Of a stretch of DNA of 64,000 nt, positions 44,089 through 51,856 are shown in pieces; position 1 is the stretch's first letter, and every line of letters begins with the position of its first letter. The stretch covers positions 21,891-85,890 of the forward strand of contig CAIKAW010000047.1 of assembly GCA_903825575.1 (NCBI GenBank). Reading direction: 5' to 3'. Source of the stretch: an uncultured bacterium (lineage in GTDB: Bacteria; Actinomycetota; Actinomycetes; S36-B12; CAIKAW01). The notes beneath the pieces were generated by a model. The model did not search any database. It saw nothing but the letters and a program-made list of their open reading frames with translations, and was not told the origin of the DNA. A program made the position numbers and the translations under genes.

Positions 44089-45740
44089 GACGTGGACCTA
44101 CGGCGTCGGATGAAGTAGAAGTAGATGACCGGAGGCAACGCGAGCAGCGCGATCAGTTCCAAAGCCACAACAGGAGCTAACTGGCTGGTCAGATCGATCG
44201 CTCGGTAGGGACCAACCTCGGTGACCGTGCCAGTCACGTCGGCCGCGGAAACACCCCCATTCCCATTTCCACTCGTGCCAGTGCCAGTGCCTGAGCCCGT
44301 GCCGGTCCCTGTTCCCGTGCCAGTCCCCGTCCCAGTGCCAGTACCCGTTCCAGCACCAGTACCAGCACCCGTTCCAGTGCCCGTACCCGTACCCGTTCCA
44401 GTGCCAGTACCAGTACCCGTCGTGCCGTTGTTGCCGCCGTCCGTGCACGGCCCGGTGCCGCCCTTGTCGCACGATGGCGGCTGCGGAGCGATTTCGGCCA
44501 AGTAGTTACGCGTCGGTTGGCCCGCAACGAAGGTCGGGTTGTGGCAGGTCGTGATGTTTCTTGACGTCAAGTCAACGCCCGAGTCGGCGGTCTTGAGTTT
44601 GGCCGTTTGTTCGAAACTTGCCTGCACCAGGTTGACAGGCAAAGGCGAATATCCGATGGGTCCCATCTCGGCTTGCCCTTGGCAGATCGAGTAATAGAGG
44701 AAGTCAGCCAGCGTCTGGCGCTTAGCCGTTGTCATCCTGGAGTCGTTCGATGCAGTTGGAATGATCATGTAGGAGTACGAGGACAACGGATACGTCCGTT
44801 TGTCGCTGTAGGTGTAGACCTTGTCCAGATTCTGCAGCAAGTAGTCCGGCGAAGTCTTATTTTGATTGATCTGGGCCTGCGTCAACGCCACGGCCACGTT
44901 GTATTGCGTCGGCAAAGTGAAGTAGCCGGCAGTGTTCTCGATCTTGGCAACCGGGTAGTTCTTTGACAGCGCGTACGAGAATTCGTCGTAGCCGATAGAC
45001 CCATTGGCCGCCCCAGAACTGATGAAGTTAATCACGCCGTCCGAACCGTTTTGGGCGATCGCGCCACCGCGACGGGGAAAGTACTCAGTTAGACCCGACT
45101 GACCAAAGAACGGACGCCAGATGGTGGGGTACTGCTTATCCAAGTAACGGGTGAATTGCGCGCTGGAACCTGAGCCCTCCGAGTGCACCACCGGGATGAT
45201 CTGAAGTGACGGCAACTTGCGCCCGTTGTTGTCGGTCGTGATGGCCGGGTCATTCCAGTTCGTGATCTGGTTCGTGAAGATCTTTGCCAGCGTAAGGCCA
45301 GAGAGACGAAGGTTGCGAACAAGCTGCCCCGCCACCTGAATCTGATAGGGGAAGGACGTGCCACCCGCCACCACAGGAAGGTAGGCGAAGCCTCGGCAGG
45401 TCGTCTTGTCGGCCGGGTTAAGGCATGGTGAGTCACTGTCGCTAGTTACTGCGTCCACACCTTGATATCCGATGTCGGAAACGGCGTAATCGGTAGTCCG
45501 ATTCGTGAAGTCCTTGCGCCCCTGCGCTGAACCTGTCGAGGTGTAGACAACCTGCAAACCGCTGGAAGAAACATCGGCCACCCACTGGTTGACTGCATTA
45601 GCACTCCAGCTTGAGCCGGACCCTGTGATCTGCGCATGGCTACCAGCGGCCGTTGCCGCTGGAACGGTGGCCACCAGCGCCGTGCCGGCCATCGCGAAGA
45701 CTGCCAGAAGCAGCCGGACTCCGCGGGCGGTGGGTTTCAT
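44085..45740 (-). CDS. pstS: PstS-like phosphate-binding protein with Gly-Thr repeat stalk and C-terminal transmembrane anchor
   Basis: ATGA overlap with the pstA stop. AxA signal peptide with no lipobox Cys. PstS blocks are present: ITGSGSSWS, STGSAQG, DYAVSD, ITNWNDP, VVHSEGSGSSAQFTRYL, GSIGYDEFSYA, YPLSSYSYMIIP. These are followed by a ~50-residue (G-T)n tract, a hydrophobic helix and an RRRRSTS tail. Confidence 0.82.
   Translation of the reverse strand: MKPTARGVRLLLAVFAMAGTALVATVPAATAAGSHAQITGSGSSWSANAVNQWVADVSSSGLQVVYTSTGSAQGRKDFTNRTTDYAVSDIGYQGVDAVTSDSDSPCLNPADKTTCRGFAYLPVVAGGTSFPYQIQVAGQLVRNLRLSGLTLAKIFTNQITNWNDPAITTDNNGRKLPSLQIIPVVHSEGSGSSAQFTRYLDKQYPTIWRPFFGQSGLTEYFPRRGGAIAQNGSDGVINFISSGAANGSIGYDEFSYALSKNYPVAKIENTAGYFTLPTQYNVAVALTQAQINQNKTSPDYLLQNLDKVYTYSDKRTYPLSSYSYMIIPTASNDSRMTTAKRQTLADFLYYSICQGQAEMGPIGYSPLPVNLVQASFEQTAKLKTADSGVDLTSRNITTCHNPTFVAGQPTRNYLAEIAPQPPSCDKGGTGPCTDGGNNGTTGTGTGTGTGTGTGTGTGAGTGAGTGTGTGTGTGTGTGTGTGSGTGTGTSGNGNGGVSAADVTGTVTEVGPYRAIDLTSQLAPVVALELIALLALPPVIYFYFIRRRRSTS
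44270..44425 (-). repeat. Gly-Thr dipeptide repeat tract encoded with mixed synonymous codons
   Basis: The minus strand reads GGN-ACN repeats with occasional Ala/Ser. All three GGN/ACN codon variants are intermixed. The tract creates spurious repeat ORFs in the other frames. Confidence 0.9.
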
Positions 45741-46849
45741 CGCTTACCGACCTTCTGTCTGGCGAGGAATCGCGTGATCACAAAGAGAATCAGAACAAGT
45801 GCGAGAAGGACGCTGGCTGCGCCGAATCCGCGCGCGATGAACTCTGGCTCACCACTTCGTACGGCCGAGAACACATAAAGCGGCAATGAGTTCATCGGCT
45901 CCTGCAGCGGGTTCACGTTCGTGTACGTAGATGCACCCGACGTAAGGAGCACCGGCGATGTCTCCCCAACCCCTCGGGCGATACCCAGAATCAGCGCAGT
46001 CGCGAGGCCTGAACGCACGGTAGGAATCACAACCTGTCGAACGGTCTGCCACTTCGAGGCACCCAATGCAAGGCTCGCCTCGCGCAGTCCACCAGGCATC
46101 ACACGTAGCACGACATCCGCAGACCGAGCGATAATCGGAAGCATCATCACCGAGATTGCCGCAGCGGCCGCGATCCCCGTGCGGGAGATGCCAAGCATCA
46201 CAATCAGGATTGTGTAGATGAAGAGTCCGGCAACGATCGACGGTAAAGCGGTCATGGCTTCCACAAGGGTGCGAACAACTTTCGAGAACCGTCCGCCGAC
46301 TTCGTTCAAATAGATAGCAGTTCCGACACCCAGTGGAAGCGTTACTGCGATCGCGATACCAATCTCGATAACGGACCCGAGAACGGCGTGCAAGATGCCA
46401 CCGCGGCTTAGCGCATCGGTGGGTCGGACGCCGGCCATGTCCTTGGTGAAGAAGTTCAAGTGAGTCAAGGCCGGGAAGCCCCGGACGAAGGTGAACATGA
46501 TCGAGGTGAAAAGCGCGAAGAAGACGAGCGCCGCTGCGCCACGGATTGCGGCCCCCACCACTCGATCAACTACGACCTGACTGGGATTGCCCACCGCAGT
46601 AGCCCCAGCAAAAAGGGCAAGGAATAGGCAGTACCACAGCACCAAGAACCCCAACGTTCCTGAGAACGGCAGGATCTTCGTGTAAAGCAGCCAATCGAGC
46701 GCCAGGGCTCCGGCGACGGCGCCTACGAACGAGAAGAGATCGTCCTGGGTGCGGGACTTAGTGGCACGCGGATGGTCTGGTTCGGCGACGGGCAGAATGC
46801 CAGCATTGGCTTCTTGCGGATTCTCACGGAAGTCCAGTTGATCAGTCAT
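45737..46849 (-). CDS. pstA: phosphate ABC transporter permease PstA
   Basis: 370 aa with EASLALGASKWQTVRQVVIP...ARGVGETSPVLLT, a PstA-type signature. Confidence 0.9.
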   Translation of the reverse strand: MTDQLDFRENPQEANAGILPVAEPDHPRATKSRTQDDLFSFVGAVAGALALDWLLYTKILPFSGTLGFLVLWYCLFLALFAGATAVGNPSQVVVDRVVGAAIRGAAALVFFALFTSIMFTFVRGFPALTHLNFFTKDMAGVRPTDALSRGGILHAVLGSVIEIGIAIAVTLPLGVGTAIYLNEVGGRFSKVVRTLVEAMTALPSIVAGLFIYTILIVMLGISRTGIAAAAAISVMMLPIIARSADVVLRVMPGGLREASLALGASKWQTVRQVVIPTVRSGLATALILGIARGVGETSPVLLTSGASTYTNVNPLQEPMNSLPLYVFSAVRSGEPEFIARGFGAASVLLALVLILFVITRFLARQKVGKR

Positions 46850-46857
46850 CAGCGTTC

Positions 46858-47886
46858 CTAGTCCGTAACCGCGCCACTACGACTGCGACTTACGATCGTG
46901 GCAGCCAAGGTGTTCACAATCAGCGTGATGATGAACAGCACGAATCCGGCCGTAAGCAGTGCCGACAATTGAGCTGAGGTGGCTTCGCCAAACCGGCCAG
47001 CGATCAATGCGGAGACGGTACTGGTCCCGACCTCAAGCGGACGGAACTTGATGTCAAACGACGGCGAGATAATCAGGACCACTGCGATCGTCTCGCCAAG
47101 GGCCCTACCCATGCTCAGCATCGTCCCGCCGATGATGCCGCCACGGCCAAAGGGCAACACGACGGTGCGGATCATCCCCCACTTGGTGGACCCCAAAGCC
47201 AAAGCCGCTTCCCGCTCGCCCAACGGCGCTTGCGAGAAGACTTGCCGCATAACAGCAGCAGCCATTGGCAACACCATCATCGAAACGGCGATGCCGGCGA
47301 TAAAAGCTGAGGCCGCGTAACGGGATTGAGCCCACACGGGCGCATTCGGATCGGTATCAACGTGAAAGAACGGAAGAAACCCTAAGTTCACATTCAGCCA
47401 GTGCGCCAAGTTGATAGCCCGGGGCTGCAACAGGAAGAAACCCCAAAGTCCCCAAACAATGCTTGGAATCGCGGCCATGAGGTCGATCATCGAAACCAGC
47501 AGCCCCTTGATCCGCGGGACTGCGTACTCACTGATATATAGCGCAACGCTCAGAGCTAGCGGGAACGCAATCGCGAGGGCCACCACCGCCACAGTGAACG
47601 TTCCGAGCAGGACAGCTGATATGCCAAGGATGTCTCGTTCTGGCAACCACTGGTTCTGTGTGAAGAAGGACAAGCCGTAGCGCTTGAACGTAGGGATTGA
47701 CTGCACACCCAGAAAGACGCCGATGGCGCCCATGATGAGGAGGACCAGCACCCCGACCGCTCGTGCCCCGGCATAGAAGATCCGATCGACCCGAGGCAGT
47801 GCCGGATCAATCGCTCGCGGACGGTCTTCGTCAACTCCACTTGGATCAGGCAATGGGGTCTGACCTAGATCGATCAGAATCGTCAT
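46858..47886 (-). CDS. pstC: phosphate ABC transporter permease PstC
   Basis: 342 aa with EAALALGSTKWGMIRTVVLP...GRALGETIAV, a PstC-type signature. Confidence 0.9.
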   Translation of the reverse strand: MTILIDLGQTPLPDPSGVDEDRPRAIDPALPRVDRIFYAGARAVGVLVLLIMGAIGVFLGVQSIPTFKRYGLSFFTQNQWLPERDILGISAVLLGTFTVAVVALAIAFPLALSVALYISEYAVPRIKGLLVSMIDLMAAIPSIVWGLWGFFLLQPRAINLAHWLNVNLGFLPFFHVDTDPNAPVWAQSRYAASAFIAGIAVSMMVLPMAAAVMRQVFSQAPLGEREAALALGSTKWGMIRTVVLPFGRGGIIGGTMLSMGRALGETIAVVLIISPSFDIKFRPLEVGTSTVSALIAGRFGEATSAQLSALLTAGFVLFIITLIVNTLAATIVSRSRSGAVTD

Positions 47887-47964
47887 TGCGTCCTCCTAAT
47901 CCGGACTGGCGCAGGTAGCACGGCCCCCACGGGGCACATCAACAAATCCACGGCAAGATCAGGC

Positions 47965-48786
47965 TCAGCCGAAGCGGCCATTCACGTAGTCGGCTGTCCG
48001 TTGATCAACAGGACTTTGGAAGATCTGTTCGGTGTCACCGACTTCGACGATCCCACCTGGCGTCCCTTGCTCAGCGAGGAAGAACGCGCACTGCTGAGAC
48101 ACGCGAGCAGCCTGCTGCATGTTGTGCGTCACGATCACAACGGTGACTTGTTCGCGAATCTCAGAGATGGTCTCTTCAACGCGACGGGTCGATGTCGGAT
48201 CCAGTGCCGAGCAGGGCTCATCCATCAAGAGCACCTCGGGCTCGACCGCTAGCGATCGAGCGATGCACAACCGTTGCTGCTGACCACCAGATAGTGCGCT
48301 TCCCGGCTCCTTCAGGCGGTCTTTCACTTCCTTCCACAACCCTGCGCGCGTCAAACTCGTCTCAATGATCCAGTCACGGTCGCTACGCCAGTTCTTCACG
48401 CCAGCCAACTTGAGTCCCGATACAACGTTGTCTGCGATCGACATGGCTGGGAATGGGTTGGGCTTCTGGAAGACCATGCCAATCCGCTTGCGCGTGGCGG
48501 TGATGCGGTGGCCCGTCGCGTAGATGTCCTCACCGTCAAGAAGCACTTCACCATTAAGTCGGGCAGACGGCACCAACTCGTGCATCCGGTTGAGCACGCG
48601 CAAGAATGTTGACTTGCCGCAGCCGGACGGCCCGATGAGCGCAGTCACTGTCTTCGCTGGCATGTCGAGAGATACCCGTTCAAGGACCTTGTTGCTTCCG
48701 AACCAAGCTGAAACGCCTTGGGCTGAAAGGACGCCGCCTGAGAAATCGGTGACCCGGCCGGTGGCGGGACTCAACAACACGCTCAT
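47965..48786 (-). CDS. pstB: phosphate ABC transporter ATP-binding protein PstB
   Basis: [42 protein letters not shown] and YVNGRFG motifs. I moved the start to ATG 48786, preceded by GGAGAGAGGAAAGG. The ORF-track start at 48810 is TTG. Confidence 0.93.
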   Translation of the reverse strand: MSVLLSPATGRVTDFSGGVLSAQGVSAWFGSNKVLERVSLDMPAKTVTALIGPSGCGKSTFLRVLNRMHELVPSARLNGEVLLDGEDIYATGHRITATRKRIGMVFQKPNPFPAMSIADNVVSGLKLAGVKNWRSDRDWIIETSLTRAGLWKEVKDRLKEPGSALSGGQQQRLCIARSLAVEPEVLLMDEPCSALDPTSTRRVEETISEIREQVTVVIVTHNMQQAARVSQQCAFFLAEQGTPGGIVEVGDTEQIFQSPVDQRTADYVNGRFG

Positions 48787-48868
48787 GCCTTTCCTCTCTC
48801 CAGCGGTCAACGTTGAGGCCTACTAGGCCCGCGTTTGCTGGAATCAAACTTGCCTCAGCGGTTACAAC

Positions 48869-48912
48869 GACGTGCCGACCCAAGGTGAACAGAAGGTGTC
48901 CATTTCATGAAC
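48869..48912 (-). promoter_or_regulatory. PHO-box-like array: four 11-nt direct repeat units upstream of pstB
   Basis: The minus strand reads GTTCATGAAAT GGACACCTTCT GTTCACCTTGG GTCGGCACGTC. The unit starts at 48912, 48901, 48890 and 48879 are exactly 11 nt apart. The array ends about 83 nt upstream of the pstB ATG. Confidence 0.65.
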
Positions 48913-48923
48913 CCTGCTCACCG

Positions 48924-49487
48924 CTAGCCAATCTTCAGCAGGTCCACCACAAAGACCAGGGACTCGTTCACTCCGAGTCCGCTGCCGGCTGGAGGCGTTG
49001 CTCCGAATGCCTCAGCCCCTGGGATCACTAGAACCCGTCGGCCGCCCACCTTCATGCCCAAGACACCCCGCGAAAAGGCCGAGAAGTTGACCCGTGACGG
49101 CAAGAAGACAAAAGGTTTTCCTCTGCCCCAAGAAGAGTCAAACTCGCGCTTGGATTTGACGCTGCGGGCAAGGTATTCGACGCTCACTTTGTCCTTGGCG
49201 GTCACACTGGCGCCTGATCCGAGGATGAGGTCGTAGCCAAGGAACTTGCTGGCATCGATCGTGTCGCTCAGTTGCGTGACTGGGGCAACTCCGAAGGAGC
49301 CGCTCACTGCGATCCCGTCGAAGACTTGCGCTCCGGGGATCGAATTGATCGGCGTTGCTGAGGCGCTCGGCGTCGCGGCGATAGGAGCAGTAGTCGAGCA
49401 AGAGGTGATCGCCGCAGTACTGGCAACGAGCGCGACTGCGAGAGACAACTTCAGTCCGACTAACGAGCGATTGCCAATCAACTTCAT
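48924..49487 (-). CDS. FKBP-type peptidyl-prolyl cis-trans isomerase lipoprotein
   Basis: Lipobox AITSC after a signal peptide. FKBP core at the C-terminus (FDSSWGRGKPFVF, GMKVGGRRVLVIP, LVFVVDLL). Confidence 0.85.
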   Translation of the reverse strand: MKLIGNRSLVGLKLSLAVALVASTAAITSCSTTAPIAATPSASATPINSIPGAQVFDGIAVSGSFGVAPVTQLSDTIDASKFLGYDLILGSGASVTAKDKVSVEYLARSVKSKREFDSSWGRGKPFVFLPSRVNFSAFSRGVLGMKVGGRRVLVIPGAEAFGATPPAGSGLGVNESLVFVVDLLKIG

Positions 49488-49559
49488 GACCCCAATTCAG
49501 CTCCGGTAGGGAGTCAAGTTTGCTATACAGAAGGTTCCACCCAAGTCACCTAGCAAGAC

Positions 49560-49581
49560 TGCAGGTGAACACAAGATGAAA
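49560..49581 (-). promoter_or_regulatory. second, weaker PHO-box-like pair upstream of the FKBP lipoprotein gene
   Basis: The minus strand reads TTTCATCTTGT GTTCACCTGCA, with unit starts 11 nt apart. It lies between the lgt stop (49595) and the FKBP ATG (49487). Confidence 0.35.
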
Positions 49582-49594
49582 TGCCGTGGCGAGC

Positions 49595-50458
49595 TCAGGA
49601 TTCTGGAACGACCGAGGCCGAATCCGACAAGATCTCACCATTGGCCAAATCCTCGCGCCCGGGATGCCGGCGGGCCGAAATCACCAGGTACGCAACCGCA
49701 CCCACGCCCACGATCAGTGACGTCCAATCGTTTAGGCGCAGACCGCCAATGCGGTGCGCCGAGTCAATGCGCAGCGACTCAATCCAGCCTCGGCCAATCG
49801 TGTAGAGCAGCACATACAGCGCAAAGACCCGCCCGTGTCCCATCTTGTAGCGCCGGTCGGCCCAGATCACTACAGCCGCAACGCCCAAACACCAAAGCGA
49901 CTCGTACAGGAACGTCGGGTGGAAGGTCGCGAAGTTCGCGTAACCCACGGGGCGGTGCGCCGCGTCAATGTGCAATCCCCAAGGCAACGACGTCGGGCGG
50001 CCGAACAACTCTTGGTTGAACCAGTTGCCCCAACGTCCCATTGCTTGAGCGATCGCAACAGCTGGTGCAATCGAGTCAGCGAACGGTGGCAGCGCCAGTC
50101 CGCGACGCCGGCAACCGATCCACGCACCCACTCCCCCAAAGGCAACCGCACCCCAGATCCCTAGGCCCCCGTCCCAGATCTTCAGTGACGCTAGGAAACC
50201 GCGACCGCCGGGGCCGAAGTAGATCTGGTGATCAGTGATGACGTGATAGATCCGGCCGCCAATGATGCCAAACGGGACCGCCCAGATCGCGACGTCGCCA
50301 ACCATGCCGGGCTTGCCACCACGCTCGCGCCAGCGTCGCTCGCCAAACCAGACCGCAAAGATAATCCCAGCAAGGATGCACAATGCGTAGGCGCGAATCG
50401 GGAACGGCCCTAGAAACCAGACGCCCTGATGGGGGCTAGGCAAATACGACCGGACCAC
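49595..50458 (-). CDS. lgt: prolipoprotein diacylglyceryl transferase
   Basis: 287 aa, polytopic, with the IGRWGNWFNQELFG-type motif (MGRWGNWFNQELFGRPT). It sits in the conserved position after trpA. Confidence 0.92.
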   Translation of the reverse strand: MVRSYLPSPHQGVWFLGPFPIRAYALCILAGIIFAVWFGERRWRERGGKPGMVGDVAIWAVPFGIIGGRIYHVITDHQIYFGPGGRGFLASLKIWDGGLGIWGAVAFGGVGAWIGCRRRGLALPPFADSIAPAVAIAQAMGRWGNWFNQELFGRPTSLPWGLHIDAAHRPVGYANFATFHPTFLYESLWCLGVAAVVIWADRRYKMGHGRVFALYVLLYTIGRGWIESLRIDSAHRIGGLRLNDWTSLIVGVGAVAYLVISARRHPGREDLANGEILSDSASVVPES

Positions 50459-50466
50459 CGACGTGA

Positions 50467-51276
50467 TCAGCTGTGGCTTGGTGACGGTGCCGGACCGGCC
50501 GCTGCGATTGCTGCAGCCAAAGCGCTCGGGCTGAACAGCGTCGCGCTCTGAACCTCGACACCGTTGAGGTAACCGGTCGGAGTTCCGGGCACGGCCCGCT
50601 GCTGGAACTCATTCTCGGAGTTGATTACCCACTGCTGGTACTTCGCGCCGGTGAAACAAGTCTGGAAGGTGGAGAAGTCGTTGCCAGCGATGCCGACCTG
50701 TTGTGCAAGATTCAAGAACTGAGTGTCGGTATACCCGCCACCTTCGGTCTTGTTCTGCATCGCGAAGATGCCGCTGTGGTACTCGGTCACCTTGCCAGAA
50801 TCGATCGCGCAGCCCCAGGCGTACGCGGCTCGTGTCGATGACAAGTTGGAGTTCGGGAACTTGGCTTCGATGAAGTTCGCGGGGTGCCAATACAACTGCA
50901 CCTTGCCAGCGTCCGCCAGCGCCTTTAGCGATGCGCCATTGGCCGTTTCGAAATCCTTGCAGATTGGGCACTGGAAGTCTTCCCAGAGATCAAGTCGCGG
51001 CGCGGTCGCAGGAGCCGTGCCGTACTTCACGCCATAGTCGACGCTGTTCACACCCTTGGGCAGCGCAGCATTGGCGTTTACCGCCGGGGCCTTCTTCTGG
51101 CCGAGGATCACCATCGCCACGATTACGCCGACCACGGCGAGGACGACGACGGCACCCACTAGCCGAACGGTGCGGTCGCGACGGCGTTCGGCAGCCAATG
51201 CGCCGGCCCGCGCCTCAGCGGCCTTCTCACGCGCCGTGCGCTTGGAGTCGACGGGCTTCTTTGGCTGCGGGCTCAT
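50467..51276 (-). CDS. DsbA-family thiol:disulfide oxidoreductase, membrane-anchored
   Basis: N-terminal transmembrane segment and a thioredoxin fold with CPIC (FQCPICKDFE). Confidence 0.82.
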   Translation of the reverse strand: MSPQPKKPVDSKRTAREKAAEARAGALAAERRRDRTVRLVGAVVVLAVVGVIVAMVILGQKKAPAVNANAALPKGVNSVDYGVKYGTAPATAPRLDLWEDFQCPICKDFETANGASLKALADAGKVQLYWHPANFIEAKFPNSNLSSTRAAYAWGCAIDSGKVTEYHSGIFAMQNKTEGGGYTDTQFLNLAQQVGIAGNDFSTFQTCFTGAKYQQWVINSENEFQQRAVPGTPTGYLNGVEVQSATLFSPSALAAAIAAAGPAPSPSHS

Positions 51277-51788
51277 GCGGGCTGATCCTCCGGTTCGGGT
51301 ATGCGGTCAAGCGAGAACAGGGTACGTGGCCGCCAGATCAACCACACACTCAACAGCGCAAACGCCGTGTCGCGGGCGATCTCTTTGGTGTAACGAAGGT
51401 TGCGCCCCGCAGCCGACGTGTCCCCTCCGCCGCCGAAACAGCCGCAGTCGATGTTGTAGCCGCGGGCCCACACGCTGGCGATCCCGGCGACAAAGGCGAG
51501 CATCAGCAGGGCACTAGCGATGGCGGCTAGGCGGGTAAAGATGCCAAGCAGCAGGAAAAGACCGATTACCACCTCGGCCGCGGGCAACGCGTAGCCAAGC
51601 GGCGTCACCAAACTGGGTGGGAAGATCCGATAGGCGATTACAGCTAGCCGCGCACCGCCCGGCTCGAACAACTTCACCAGACCGGCATACAGCCAAACTG
51701 CCGCGAGGATCAGCCGAACCACTAGTCCAACAGTGGGAAGGTGCTCGCGCCATCCGAGCCCGGTGCGACGAGAAGTGGCTGGCGGCAT
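51273..51788 (-). CDS. MauE/DoxX-family redox-associated membrane protein
   Basis: 171 aa with four transmembrane segments and the IDCGCFG motif. ATGA overlap with the DsbA-like gene start. Confidence 0.75.
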   Translation of the reverse strand: MPPATSRRTGLGWREHLPTVGLVVRLILAAVWLYAGLVKLFEPGGARLAVIAYRIFPPSLVTPLGYALPAAEVVIGLFLLLGIFTRLAAIASALLMLAFVAGIASVWARGYNIDCGCFGGGGDTSAAGRNLRYTKEIARDTAFALLSVWLIWRPRTLFSLDRIPEPEDQPA

Positions 51789-51856
51789 GGGGTCAACTCT
51801 CTCACGCGAGCCCTAGACTTAGGTGAACCGTCCAGTGGGGGGCCAACTACGGGAGC

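Noticed and set aside
44098-44527. Three overlapping repeat ORFs across the Gly-Thr tract: a PVPVPV-type ORF on the plus strand and WHW- and RVLV-type ORFs on the minus strand.
   Set aside because: They are frame artefacts of the GGN-ACN repeat. Only the frame continuous with the PstS-like domain and the transmembrane tail makes biological sense.
32795-45740. Calling the surface-protein block a horizontally acquired island on compositional grounds.
   Set aside because: I cannot compute GC or codon statistics reliably by eye. I saw no integrase, tRNA, direct repeats or other boundary marks. The claim needs a GC-skew, k-mer or synteny analysis.
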